From Opitutales bacterium (GTDB lineage: Bacteria > Verrucomicrobiota > Verrucomicrobiia > Opitutales > Coraliomargaritaceae), in contig JBMYNR010000003.1 in NCBI GenBank assembly GCA_049598495.1, forward strand, positions 33,569 to 97,568: DNA of 64,000 bases. The letters run 5' to 3'. Under the pieces are notes generated by a model. That model did not search any database. It was not told the DNA's origin and saw only the letters and a list, made by a program, of their open reading frames with translations. This document shows positions 31,962 to 41,760 of this stretch, piece by piece. The translations under genes were made by a program, and so were the position numbers. Positions within the stretch are counted from its first letter, which is position 1, and each line of letters starts with the position of its first letter.

Positions 31962-32102
31962 CGAGCCGATCTAAAAGGGCTCAATCCATAAAGTCACTCC
32001 GATAGCTGGGATTTTTTACCATCCCCCCAGCCTTGGGCCCGCCGCCAACCTCAGTTTTGAATTGCCCATCACTACCATAACAATAGGTTCTCGTCGGCAT
32101 TT

Positions 32103-33647
32103 ATGAGATATCCGAAGATTACCCTTCCAGCGCTTTGTGGCATGATCATGCACCTGTTTTCGCTTCAAGCATGGGCGAGCGAAGGAGCACTCGATCAGAA
32201 GATCAATGAAGTTGTTGGCCCGTGGACGGACAAGGTGTTCCAAATTATCTTCTTCTCGCCCGTCACAATCGCTGAACAGTCGATTCCCTTTATCCTCATC
32301 TGGTTGGTTGGAGCAGGTATCTTTCTGACGATCTATTTCCGTTTCATTAACCTGCGATCCTTCCGCTTAGCCTTCAATACTGCACGAGGGAAATACTCCA
32401 GTCCGAATGACCCCGGCGAGATCACTCACTTCCAGGCATTGACTGCTGCCCTTTCCGCGACTGTGGGTCTCGGCAACATCGCGGGCGTTGCCATAGCGAT
32501 TTCAAAGGGTGGACCGGGAGCTGCCTTTTGGATGATCGTTATCGGTTTTCTCGGCATGACCACAAAATTTGCTGAGTGCACACTCGGCGTCCGCTACCGA
32601 GACATTGACGAGAAGGGAAAGGTTCACGGCGGCCCGATGAAGTATCTGACAAAGGGTCTCGCTGAACAGGGGTGGGCAAAGCTTGGAAAGTTCCTTGGCA
32701 TGACCTTCGCAATTCTGTGCATCGGCGCCTCATTGGGCGGCGGCAATATGTTCCAGATCAATCAGGCATGTTCACAGTTCATAGAGATCAGTGGCGGTGA
32801 GGGAAGCCTCCTGGCCAACTACCGCTGGGTCTTTGGAGCCGTAATCGCGGTGCTGGTTGGCGTGGTCATTGTCGGTGGTATCAGGCGGATCGGCAACGTG
32901 ACCGCTCGGTTGGTGCCTCTGATGTGCCTCACCTATCTAAGCGGTGCCGCGGTCATCCTAATTCTCCATCTGGATGAAATCCCCGGGGCATTCGCCTTAA
33001 TTATCGGCCAAGCCTTCACCCCTGATGCCTACGTCGGCGGCTTGATTGGCGCACTCCTCGTCGGTATTCAGCGGGGCACATTCTCAAACGAGGCCGGTAT
33101 TGGCTCAGCACCGATTGCGCACTCCGCAGTGAAGACATCCAAGCCGGCCAGTGAAGGGGTGGTCGCCATCCTAGAGCCTTTTATCGATACCATCGTTGTC
33201 TGCTCGATGACTGCCTTGGTCATCGTATTGACAGGCAGCTACGGCGAAAATCTCTCAGGGGCCGACGGCATCGAGGTGACCTCCAAAGCCTTTGCTTCCG
33301 TCATCACATGGTTCCCCTTCGTTCTCTTCATCGCCGTCACACTCTTCGCCATCTCGACGATGATCTCATGGTCTTACTACGGCCAACAGGCATGGAACAC
33401 GATCTTTGGGAATAGCCGAACATCCGATCTATCCTATCAACTACTGTTCTGCACCTGTATCGTGGTAGGCTCCGCGCTCTCTCTTGGTGCTGTCACAGAC
33501 TTTTCGGATGGAATGCTTCTGGGAATGTGTTTTCCAAACCTGATCGGGATCTACTTCCTCCTGCCTGTCGTTCGTCAGGAGCTGGTGAGTTTCCGTGATC
33601 ACGCCCAAAAGGTGGACGCGAAACAAGTAGAAGCGCCTACAGATTAA
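32103..33647 (+). CDS. Alanine/glycine:cation symporter (AGCS family)
   Basis: FQAL..ALSATVGLGNIAGVA, GGPGA.FWM, GGP..Y, FSNEAGIGSA, EPFIDT..VCSMT. Confidence 0.93.
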   Translation: MRYPKITLPALCGMIMHLFSLQAWASEGALDQKINEVVGPWTDKVFQIIFFSPVTIAEQSIPFILIWLVGAGIFLTIYFRFINLRSFRLAFNTARGKYSSPNDPGEITHFQALTAALSATVGLGNIAGVAIAISKGGPGAAFWMIVIGFLGMTTKFAECTLGVRYRDIDEKGKVHGGPMKYLTKGLAEQGWAKLGKFLGMTFAILCIGASLGGGNMFQINQACSQFIEISGGEGSLLANYRWVFGAVIAVLVGVVIVGGIRRIGNVTARLVPLMCLTYLSGAAVILILHLDEIPGAFALIIGQAFTPDAYVGGLIGALLVGIQRGTFSNEAGIGSAPIAHSAVKTSKPASEGVVAILEPFIDTIVVCSMTALVIVLTGSYGENLSGADGIEVTSKAFASVITWFPFVLFIAVTLFAISTMISWSYYGQQAWNTIFGNSRTSDLSYQLLFCTCIVVGSALSLGAVTDFSDGMLLGMCFPNLIGIYFLLPVVRQELVSFRDHAQKVDAKQVEAPTD

Positions 33648-34035
33648 ATACAGAGCGAAAGGCCTCGCACGCCGCTTCAAACTCACCTCGGATCACGGCT
33701 TGACAACTGGAGACGTCCACAAGGGCACCCCGATCGATCGCATTCTCAACGCCGCAATAAAAGGCGGCCAATCGGGCGAGCCCGAGATTGCCGGCGCTAC
33801 CTGCCACGAAATGAACGACATCACGCAGGCGTTTAACATCCCCTGTCGCGCAGATTTCATCCATTGACTCCAGCTTCGCTGCACTTTCGGTTGAGAAGAG
33901 CTCGAACAATTCGCGCGCCAGAGTCACGTCCGCATCGCCGCCATCGACAGTGATTAACCTATCGATCTGTTCGCGGTCCATGACTGGCGCGCTTAGGTCA
34001 TACTCGACCTTTTCAATCTGCGGGGCTACGGACAT
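33637..34035 (-). CDS. Stand-alone HPt (histidine phosphotransfer) protein
   Basis: ELFELF..ES..KL and HFVAGSAGNLG (consensus H.LKGS...LG). Confidence 0.78.
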   Translation of the reverse strand: MSVAPQIEKVEYDLSAPVMDREQIDRLITVDGGDADVTLARELFELFSTESAAKLESMDEICATGDVKRLRDVVHFVAGSAGNLGLARLAAFYCGVENAIDRGALVDVSSCQAVIRGEFEAACEAFRSVFNL

Positions 34036-34061
34036 TAAGACTGATCGGGAGCAACTGATTT

Positions 34062-35291
34062 TTAGGCAAGCATTGCTTCAATCCGATCACAGAACATGTC
34101 GGTATTCTGCTCGGCATGCAATCTTTGAAAATCGTGGATGGCAAGACCCTCGCCCCCATCCTCCCTATTTAGAAATTCAGCCATCGCGTCGGCTAATGCC
34201 TCAACACTGCCCGCCTCAAAAAGAACCGCATTTTGGCCGTGAGTTAGAAGCTCCGGATTGCCCCCGATTCTTGCTACAATACAGGGCAATCGAGAGAGGC
34301 TGGCCTCGAGCACCGTCATGGAAAACGGTTCGGGCACACGAGCCGTATAAAGGAGGGCGTCATAATTGACGTAGTGCTGCGAGAGCTCGCCCGCGCGTAT
34401 TCCCCGCATCGTCACACGGTCTATAAGGCCAAGGGATTCGATCCGCGCACGCTTCGCTTTCCGTTCACTCGGCGTACCCATACCGAAGATATCCAGTTTC
34501 ACATCGACTCCTCGCTTCTTTAACAAGCCAACAGCATCGACCGCAAGATCAGCACCCTTGCCTGCTACAATACGGCCCGCCCACATGAAGTGTTTCTTTG
34601 ATTGGAAATTTATTTTTGCGCTGAGCTTTCCCGTATCCACTGCCGGATACATCACTGGCAATTCGCGAGCTCTCCCGAACCCGTTCTCGATCAAATGATC
34701 CTTCAAACACTGCGAAATCACATAACTGTTATCAAATTTAAGAGTTGAGACATCGTCGATAGGCAGCATCCCCAGCGCGCGACGGGTCTTGCCGACCATC
34801 CGGCTGAGCAGACGATATATCTTTGATCTCAAGCTCGGATTATCATACCACCAGCGATACCAGGGGTCACGATTGAAGTTCTCGGACAGCATCCAGTCGG
34901 CATGAAGATCATAAATCATGCGCACACCGAGGTCCTGCAAATGGAACAATAGACTTTTCGAAAGGCCGCGCATATTCCACACATAGACCATGTCCGGCTT
35001 GAACCGGCGAAGCCGATATTCCAGGGACTCCGCATTGTAGCGCTCGTGAGAATAGGTCGCCTTGTAGGAATGGCCTAAAAGAGAGTTCTCAATTTCGGCC
35101 GGGTGCAAATGCAATTCTCGAAAGATTCCTTTCTCTCCATCGACACCCATCGGAGGAAGTCGATAATCCGAGGTGAGCACTTGTATATGGTGCCCACGGC
35201 CCACTAAGCCACGAACGGTTTGGCGGCAGCGCTCGTCATGGCCACTATAGCCTAATGGCGGATAAACGGCGGTTAAGATCAGGATTTTCAC
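34062..35291 (-). CDS. Glycosyltransferase family 4 protein
   Basis: YPP...G, GH.IQVLT, GRIVAGKG, EPFSMTVLEA, GGNPE. Confidence 0.88.
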   Translation of the reverse strand: MKILILTAVYPPLGYSGHDERCRQTVRGLVGRGHHIQVLTSDYRLPPMGVDGEKGIFRELHLHPAEIENSLLGHSYKATYSHERYNAESLEYRLRRFKPDMVYVWNMRGLSKSLLFHLQDLGVRMIYDLHADWMLSENFNRDPWYRWWYDNPSLRSKIYRLLSRMVGKTRRALGMLPIDDVSTLKFDNSYVISQCLKDHLIENGFGRARELPVMYPAVDTGKLSAKINFQSKKHFMWAGRIVAGKGADLAVDAVGLLKKRGVDVKLDIFGMGTPSERKAKRARIESLGLIDRVTMRGIRAGELSQHYVNYDALLYTARVPEPFSMTVLEASLSRLPCIVARIGGNPELLTHGQNAVLFEAGSVEALADAMAEFLNREDGGEGLAIHDFQRLHAEQNTDMFCDRIEAMLA

Positions 35292-35446
35292 GCTTGCAAT
35301 GAGTCAACTTACCAAAGCCCAATCGAGCATTATTTCGCATAGAAGAGTCGATTTCCAAAGATCGTTTTAACCGCAGTGACCCATTTCAGAAATGCAGGGT
35401 TCGCCGAGATGCCTCTTCACTGATTATTGAGAATTGGCATAAATCT

Positions 35447-35512
35447 ATCTGCCATAAAGCCTGAACTGTTTGCAAAGACAGGGACGGACGCCCTAAAGGA
35501 GATAACACCTAC
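35447..35512. repeat. Dispersed REP-associated repeat, copy 1 (copy 2 at 60693-60756)
   Basis: ATCTGCCATAAAGCCTGAACTGTTTGCAAAGACAGGGACGGACGCCCTAAAGG versus ATCTGCCATAAAGTCTGAGCTGGCAGCAAAGCCGGGGACGGACGCCCTAAAGG. Confidence 0.8.
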
Positions 35513-35608
35513 TCAATCAGGCTCCGCATTTGCGCTTGCTGGAAGTCGTCGCGCTTGGCCTAATCAAAGCCTAGAAACGAAGAAGTCACACCACATTAGT
35601 TTAGTATT

Positions 35609-37099
35609 TTGGAAAACACTGAAAACCAATTCAGGCCGGCTCTATTTCGTCGCTTTATCCATAGCTTTGTCACATGGACGGAGCGTATCCATCTCCTCTT
35701 CAACAAGGAAATCTGGGAATTGGAATACCTTAGCCGAGGAAGCATTCGGTCAAGACTTTACTACCTGCTTCGAATCATCACCCTTACTGGGCAGGGCTTG
35801 AAGCGCAATCAATTGCCGATGCAATCTGCTGCGCTTACTTTTTACTCCTCAATCGGGATCGGCCCGCTTATCGCATTTGGTATCATGATCTCCGGTTTCC
35901 TCATTGACAGGGGCATGTCCGGGGCCGACGGAAATTTAGAAGAGAGTGTCATTGTCCAAAAAATATCGAAGGCAATCGTCTTTGCCGCGCCCCACCTTGG
36001 AGTCACTGTTGACGAGCAGGGCGTTGGGGATCGCAGTAAAGAACTATCGCCGGAGTTGATTACCCTCATCAACAACTTCAGCCATGTCGCCAAATCGGGC
36101 ACAGTTGGGGTGATTGGAACACTCGTCCTATTAATCATCATCCTCAGATTACTGACTTCAATTGAAGAATCCTTCAATACACTATGGGGGGCCGAGAAGG
36201 GGAGGCATTTTACAGAGCGGATCATCACCTACTGGAGCTTTACCAGCCTCGGCGCAATCATAGGCACCGGCGTGCTAACCCTCGGAGCACTCAATGTCTT
36301 CCTGCGGGTCGCTGAGAACCTGCCCTTCGGCGCCACCATCGCAGCCCTCATCCAGTTCTCCCTGCCGCTGATTTCGATTATTATCATCACGCTGCTTCTT
36401 GCGGCCTTTCTCCGTTTCATTCCAAATACGCAGGTCAAATGGCGTCCCGCCCTTTTTGGAGCCGTTCTCATCGTCGCCCTGCTCCATCTTTATCAAAAAC
36501 TATCCTTCCTCTACGTCCAACAAGTAGTCAGCAACAACAGTCTTTACGGCTCCGTCGGCATTATTGTCGTCCTTATGCTCGGTCTCTACGTTTTTTGGTT
36601 GCTCATTCTACTTGGAGGCCAAGTCACCTATGCCATACAAAACGCCGATTTTTTAACTAACGAAAACGCTTGGCAAAAAACAAGCGAGCGGGCGAGAGAG
36701 CTTATTTCGCTCAGTATCCTCCTTATTGTAATGAAGCGTTTCAAGGCGGGCGAGCCTCCAACTAAAACAAGCGAACTGCTGAAGAAACTTCGTATCCCCG
36801 GCCACATTCTGAATACGAGTATCAACAGACTGTGTGCAATCGGCTATCTGAATCGGATCGAGGACAAAAACGCGGACAAAGACCGTGACCACGCCTACCA
36901 ACCCGGCTGCCCCGCTGAAAATGTCAGCTTAGTCGATTTCAAGCAAAGCATCGAGACCTTCGGCAACGATGCTGGCACCGAAATCGCCGCCAGCGGAGAT
37001 CCAGTCATCCGTGCTTATGTCGACGAAGTTCTAGCGCTGAAGGACTGCCCGTTGGCCACCACTACGCTGGCCGACTTAATCGGAGAACCGGTGGAATAG
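35609..37099 (+). CDS. YihY/BrkB family membrane protein with C-terminal wHTH-like extension
   Basis: SAALTFY, IEESFN.LWG, PNTQV.WR.A..G, YGSVG, W..ILLG. Confidence 0.85.
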   Translation: MENTENQFRPALFRRFIHSFVTWTERIHLLFNKEIWELEYLSRGSIRSRLYYLLRIITLTGQGLKRNQLPMQSAALTFYSSIGIGPLIAFGIMISGFLIDRGMSGADGNLEESVIVQKISKAIVFAAPHLGVTVDEQGVGDRSKELSPELITLINNFSHVAKSGTVGVIGTLVLLIIILRLLTSIEESFNTLWGAEKGRHFTERIITYWSFTSLGAIIGTGVLTLGALNVFLRVAENLPFGATIAALIQFSLPLISIIIITLLLAAFLRFIPNTQVKWRPALFGAVLIVALLHLYQKLSFLYVQQVVSNNSLYGSVGIIVVLMLGLYVFWLLILLGGQVTYAIQNADFLTNENAWQKTSERARELISLSILLIVMKRFKAGEPPTKTSELLKKLRIPGHILNTSINRLCAIGYLNRIEDKNADKDRDHAYQPGCPAENVSLVDFKQSIETFGNDAGTEIAASGDPVIRAYVDEVLALKDCPLATTTLADLIGEPVE

Positions 37100-37124
37100 C
37101 GACTAATAGTCCTCCACCAATGGG

Positions 37125-37152
37125 TTGACAGGCCGAAATGCTCGCCTAACCT
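37125..37152 (+). promoter_or_regulatory. Sigma70-type promoter of the ppiD-like gene
   Basis: TTGACA-16 nt-TAACCT, ending 18 nt before the ATG. Confidence 0.55.
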
Positions 37153-37170
37153 GCGCGCTTTTCTGCACAC

Positions 37171-38826
37171 ATGATCTCCTGGATTCAAAATCACCTTATC
37201 CGCCACGGGCGCTGGATATTTCTCACACTTCTCGCTGTCATCATCGTCGCCTTCGTTTTCACGATCGGCAACACCCCCGGTTGCACCACAGATCGTAGTG
37301 GTTACGAGGAACAACTTTTCTACGGCATCGACCTGAATTCACCTCGTGAGAGTGATGCCATTGCCGAGAAGGTACAGTTGAGCGCCTTTCTTCGTGGCCA
37401 ACCTTTACGCAGTAACGAGCAGTTTCAAAACGCCGTCACCAATCGGATCGCCCTACTGAACCTCGCTGACGAGATCGGCGTCCCGGCACCTGACCAGAAC
37501 ACGCTCGCGGATTTCATCACCACCAAAGCAGCTTTCCGCGGTGAAGACGGACAGTTCAGCGCCGATGCCTACACGGCCTTTGTCGATCAAATCGAGTCCA
37601 ATCCGCAGACACCACAAGGTCTCGTTCTCGTTGTTCTAGAGGAGGATTACCGGATCAATCAAATCGGTTCCGCCCTCGCTGGCCCTGGCTATCTCCTGCC
37701 TTCAGAGGCCCTTGCCCAAACCCAGCGTAATCGCACCGAGTTCTCCGTCGCGACCGCGACGATCGACTACAACGCCTTTTCTCCTGAAATCGGCACCAAC
37801 GAAGAGGCGCTAATGAAGTATTACGAAGCCAACAAACTGCGCTACGAGATTCCAGAACGAATCAAAGCGAGTTACGCATACTTCGCGGCCAATCAATACG
37901 AAGATCAGCTCACTGCTGCCTCAGAAGCCGAATTGCGCGAACATTTCATCACAAACCGCGAGCGCTTCGTGGCCGAATACAGGGCCCGACAAACCGAGGA
38001 AGCAAGCGGTGAAGAGACAGCTGTCACCTTTGCAGATGTTAAAGAAACTGTCGTGGCCAGCTTGCAGCTTGAGCAGAAATCCCGCATTGCCAATGAAGCG
38101 GCCCAGACTTTCGCTTACACCCTCTATCGCAATGAGATCAAGCGTGACTCCGCTGCCTTCAAAGAATTACTGACCGCATCAGAAGTCACCCTTACTGAGA
38201 TCGAGCCCTACACCATCACCGAAGCCCGCCAGCGAACGCTCCCTGCCGATATGCTGGAGTCTGCCCTGAGCCTTGGAGGCAACCGCTACTACTCCGACGC
38301 ATACGCTCTCAACAGCGGTTTCGCTGTCCTCATCTACGAAGGTCGCATCTCGCCCGAGATTCCCAAATTTGCCGAGGTCGAGCAAGAGGTGATTGCGGAC
38401 TTCAAGGCCGAAGAGAAGCGCCGCTTGTTTGATGCTAGGGGCAAGAGCCTGAAGAGCGAACTGGAGACACAGTTGGCGCAAGGGACTGTCTTTGCCGAAG
38501 CCGCTGAAGCCCTCGAACTTGTGGTCAATAGCTTCGACACATTCACTATTCAAGATGCGCCGAGCGAGCTAAATCGAAGTGCTCTCCAAAAAGCACAGGG
38601 CATGGAAGCCGGGGAGCTCTCCTCGATGCTAACAAGCGGGCCAAGCGGTATTTTCGTTTACGTCAAAAACAAGGTCATCCCAGAGATTTCCAATGATGAT
38701 GAGGACCTGACTCAAGCCGTAGATTACCTCGCTCGTTTCGCCTCCTTTACAACTGGAGGCTCTTACTCAAACGAACTTGTTTATCGCGGCCTGCCTGCCG
38801 ACGTCATCGCCGAGGAATCGGAGTAA
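37171..38826 (+). CDS. PpiD-like periplasmic chaperone (SurA N-terminal domain)
   Basis: N-terminal TM anchor, F..EDGQFS...Y pattern, YY..NK..Y.IPE.IKA.Y, and C-terminal P.FAEV...V..D. Confidence 0.75.
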   Translation: MISWIQNHLIRHGRWIFLTLLAVIIVAFVFTIGNTPGCTTDRSGYEEQLFYGIDLNSPRESDAIAEKVQLSAFLRGQPLRSNEQFQNAVTNRIALLNLADEIGVPAPDQNTLADFITTKAAFRGEDGQFSADAYTAFVDQIESNPQTPQGLVLVVLEEDYRINQIGSALAGPGYLLPSEALAQTQRNRTEFSVATATIDYNAFSPEIGTNEEALMKYYEANKLRYEIPERIKASYAYFAANQYEDQLTAASEAELREHFITNRERFVAEYRARQTEEASGEETAVTFADVKETVVASLQLEQKSRIANEAAQTFAYTLYRNEIKRDSAAFKELLTASEVTLTEIEPYTITEARQRTLPADMLESALSLGGNRYYSDAYALNSGFAVLIYEGRISPEIPKFAEVEQEVIADFKAEEKRRLFDARGKSLKSELETQLAQGTVFAEAAEALELVVNSFDTFTIQDAPSELNRSALQKAQGMEAGELSSMLTSGPSGIFVYVKNKVIPEISNDDEDLTQAVDYLARFASFTTGGSYSNELVYRGLPADVIAEESE

Positions 38827-38838
38827 TGCTGACTCTCA

Positions 38839-39027
38839 ATGGATCTGATTCAGTTTCAGGCTATTGACCCACATCTACTCGTCGGGCTTGTGAACACCGA
38901 GCTCCGCAATCACGCGGACTCGCTAGAGGATCTGTGTCGCACGCACGATCTCGATACCGGCAAACTAACCGCCCGCCTAGCCGAAGCCGGCTATGATTAC
39001 CGCCCCGAACAAAATCAGTTTAGATAA
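38839..39027 (+). CDS. DUF4250-like small protein
   Basis: DP.LL...VNT.LR....SLEDLC...D.....L..RL...GY.Y....NQF pattern. Confidence 0.75.
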   Translation: MDLIQFQAIDPHLLVGLVNTELRNHADSLEDLCRTHDLDTGKLTARLAEAGYDYRPEQNQFR

Positions 39028-39104
39028 TTACAAGCACACCCATAGTAGCAGCAATTGGCTCCAATCGCTGCTTCCTAAAAAATCAATAAGAAATACCTAA
39101 CAAC

Positions 39105-40979
39105 ATGTCAGAACGCCACGAATTCCAAGCCGAGGTCAAGCAGGTCCTCGATATTGTCGTCCACTCCCTCTACACCGATAAGGAGATATTTATCCGCGAG
39201 TTGATTTCCAACGCATCTGATGCCACAGAGAAACTGCGACACACACAAGTCGCAGAGAAAGAAGCCGCCATCTTTGACCCCGATCTGGATCTCGAAATTC
39301 AGGTGACCGCCGATGAAGAAGCCGGTGAACTCACGATTCGAGACTTCGGCATTGGCATGACCCACGATGAGCTCATCGAGAATCTCGGAACAATCGCTCA
39401 CTCCGGATCGAAGGCCTTTCTCAATGCCCTCAAAGAATCCGGCGAACGCAACGAAAACCTGATTGGACAGTTTGGGGTCGGCTTTTACTCGGCCTTCATG
39501 GTGGCAGACTCGGTCAAAGTGTATACTCGCAGCTGGCAAAAAGAAGGTGCCTGCTACTGCTGGTCGAGCGACGGCTCAGGTGCTTACGAGATCGAGGAGG
39601 TCGAAGGCGAGCGCCGCGGCACTCGTATCGTAGTCAAGCTCAAGGACGAGTATAAGGACTTTGCCAAGAAGGCTCGACTCGAAGAGATCATCAAAAAATA
39701 CTCCGCCTTTGTTCAGTTCCCGGTCAAAGTGGAGGGCGATGAACTCAATACGATTGGTGCCATCTGGTTAAAGAATAAGAGCGACGTCACTGAAGAGGAA
39801 TACAAGGAATTCTACAAGTTTCAGGCCAAAGCCTTCGATGAACCGCGTTTCTGGCTGCACTTCTCGGCCGATGCACCACTCGAAATCAATGCACTCATCT
39901 ACGCCCCCACAGAAAATATGGAAGGTTTCGGCTTCGGTCGCATGGAACCGGGTGTCGGCCTCTACTGCCGCAAGGTTCTAATCGACAGTGAGCCAAAGAA
40001 TCTACTCCCCGATTGGCTGCGTTTTGTTCGAGGTGTCGTCGACAGCGCCGACCTACCATTGAATATTTCCCGCGAGTCCATGCAGGACAGCTCACTCATT
40101 CAAAAGCTCAACAAGGTCATCACAAAGCGCTTTCTTAAGACGCTTGAAGAAAAGGCCAAGAAAGAGCCAGAAGTATATGACGAATTCTGGAAGAGTTTCG
40201 GCCTTTTCCTCAAGGAGGGTGTGACTACGGACTTCACGCATCGCGACCAGCTGCTCAAGCTGTTACGCTACGAGTCCTCTTACACGGAGGAAGGCACGGC
40301 AACCGCTCTTGCAGACTACCTCTCACGGGCACCTGAGGGACAAAAGGAGATCTACTATCTTTATGGCCCAAGCCGATCGGCCATCGAGAGCGGCCCCTAC
40401 ATCGAGGCCTTCAAGGCACGCAACATCGAGGTGCTCTATCTTTACGAGCCGATCGACGAGTTCGTTATGAACCACGCACGGACATTTGAGGAGAAGAACT
40501 TTGTTTCCGCCGATAACGACAACATCGATCTGGATGCGATCGCTCCGGAAACTGAGACCGACAAAGCGGAAGCCCTCGAGACAGAAGCTTCCGACTCGCT
40601 CTGTAGCTTCATTAAGGAAAAGCTCGGTGACGAAGTCAGCGAGGTCACCACGAGTGAACGCCTCGTCGGTAGTCCGGCCATGATTGTCAACGCTGACAAG
40701 ATGATGACCGCACAGATGCGTAAGATGATGAAAGCGATGCAACAAAAGAACGGTGGCCCAGACATGATGGGGGGCGAACCGCCCGTGAAACTGCAGATTA
40801 ACCCACGCCACCCGCTGGTCAAAAACCTCGCGGGGCTACAAGCCGACGACGGCGAACTGGCGACCTTGATCAGTCAGCAGATTCTCGATAACGCCCGCGT
40901 CGCTGCCGGTCTCCTCGAAGACCCCAGCGCCATGCTGCAGCGCAACTACGAGATTCTCGAAAAACTCAGCGCGAAATAA
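39105..40979 (+). CDS. htpG: Molecular chaperone HtpG (Hsp90)
   Basis: [55 protein letters not shown]. Confidence 0.97.
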   Translation: MSERHEFQAEVKQVLDIVVHSLYTDKEIFIRELISNASDATEKLRHTQVAEKEAAIFDPDLDLEIQVTADEEAGELTIRDFGIGMTHDELIENLGTIAHSGSKAFLNALKESGERNENLIGQFGVGFYSAFMVADSVKVYTRSWQKEGACYCWSSDGSGAYEIEEVEGERRGTRIVVKLKDEYKDFAKKARLEEIIKKYSAFVQFPVKVEGDELNTIGAIWLKNKSDVTEEEYKEFYKFQAKAFDEPRFWLHFSADAPLEINALIYAPTENMEGFGFGRMEPGVGLYCRKVLIDSEPKNLLPDWLRFVRGVVDSADLPLNISRESMQDSSLIQKLNKVITKRFLKTLEEKAKKEPEVYDEFWKSFGLFLKEGVTTDFTHRDQLLKLLRYESSYTEEGTATALADYLSRAPEGQKEIYYLYGPSRSAIESGPYIEAFKARNIEVLYLYEPIDEFVMNHARTFEEKNFVSADNDNIDLDAIAPETETDKAEALETEASDSLCSFIKEKLGDEVSEVTTSERLVGSPAMIVNADKMMTAQMRKMMKAMQQKNGGPDMMGGEPPVKLQINPRHPLVKNLAGLQADDGELATLISQQILDNARVAAGLLEDPSAMLQRNYEILEKLSAK

Positions 40980-41600
40980 TCACTCTTCGTTCCCTAGATA
41001 CCAAGCCTGGACGAGCGCCTTGATTTGATCTTCGGACTCGGTCTCCTCAAAACGAAGTGAAGCTGAGTTGATACAGTAGCGTAGCCCAGTCGGCTCAGGG
41101 CCATCGGGGAAGACGTGCCCCAAATGGCAACCGCAAAGAGCGCAATGTACTTCGTTGCGAACCATTCCGTAGCTCGTGTCGCGCTTTTCGCCAATCAAAC
41201 GCTCGTCAATTGGACGGGTAAAACTAGGCCACCCCGTCCCAGAGTCGTATTTGTCCATACTGCTGAAAAGCGGCGCGTCACTCCCGATGCATCGGTAGAG
41301 ACCCATCCGCTTATTATCATGGTAGGGGTTATCGAAGGGACGCTCTGTGCCGTGATTACGTGCGACCTGGTATTGTAGCTCCGTTAGGCGCTCCCGCCAT
41401 TCGTCCTCCGTTCTCTGAATCGGGAACCCCCCGCTGGAGAGATTGACGTGGGAGGGCAAACCACAGGCGGATACGCATTCATTAATACCCAGATCAACGG
41501 GTGCAGACGGTGTTGGTTTTTCAGGCATAGCAAATATTAACAGCACTCCCGTAGAGAGCATAAAAAAAACGGCGGCGGATTTTGAACTAAAACGAGGCAT
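40980..41600 (-). CDS. msrB: Peptide-methionine (R)-S-oxide reductase with N-terminal export/anchor sequence
   Basis: [37 protein letters not shown]. Confidence 0.93.
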   Translation of the reverse strand: MPRFSSKSAAVFFMLSTGVLLIFAMPEKPTPSAPVDLGINECVSACGLPSHVNLSSGGFPIQRTEDEWRERLTELQYQVARNHGTERPFDNPYHDNKRMGLYRCIGSDAPLFSSMDKYDSGTGWPSFTRPIDERLIGEKRDTSYGMVRNEVHCALCGCHLGHVFPDGPEPTGLRYCINSASLRFEETESEDQIKALVQAWYLGNEE

Positions 41601-41760
41601 CTAATTGGGAGTCCAATAACTAGAAATTATTTCATAGTATACACAAAACCACTGATTTTTCACTGGGTCCGGTTCTTTTCTCCGAAAAGCCCGGTCATGT
41701 CGTCGCTACGTTCCTCGGAACAACTTTACATTTACGTTCACTCTGCCATTTAGTGACAGC

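Noticed and set aside
31962..32102. Glycine riboswitch ahead of the alanine/glycine symporter (also checked upstream of gcvH)
   Set aside because: No GGAGA...CCGAAG...CTCTCAGG aptamer core is visible, and gcvH has only a 20-nt spacer.
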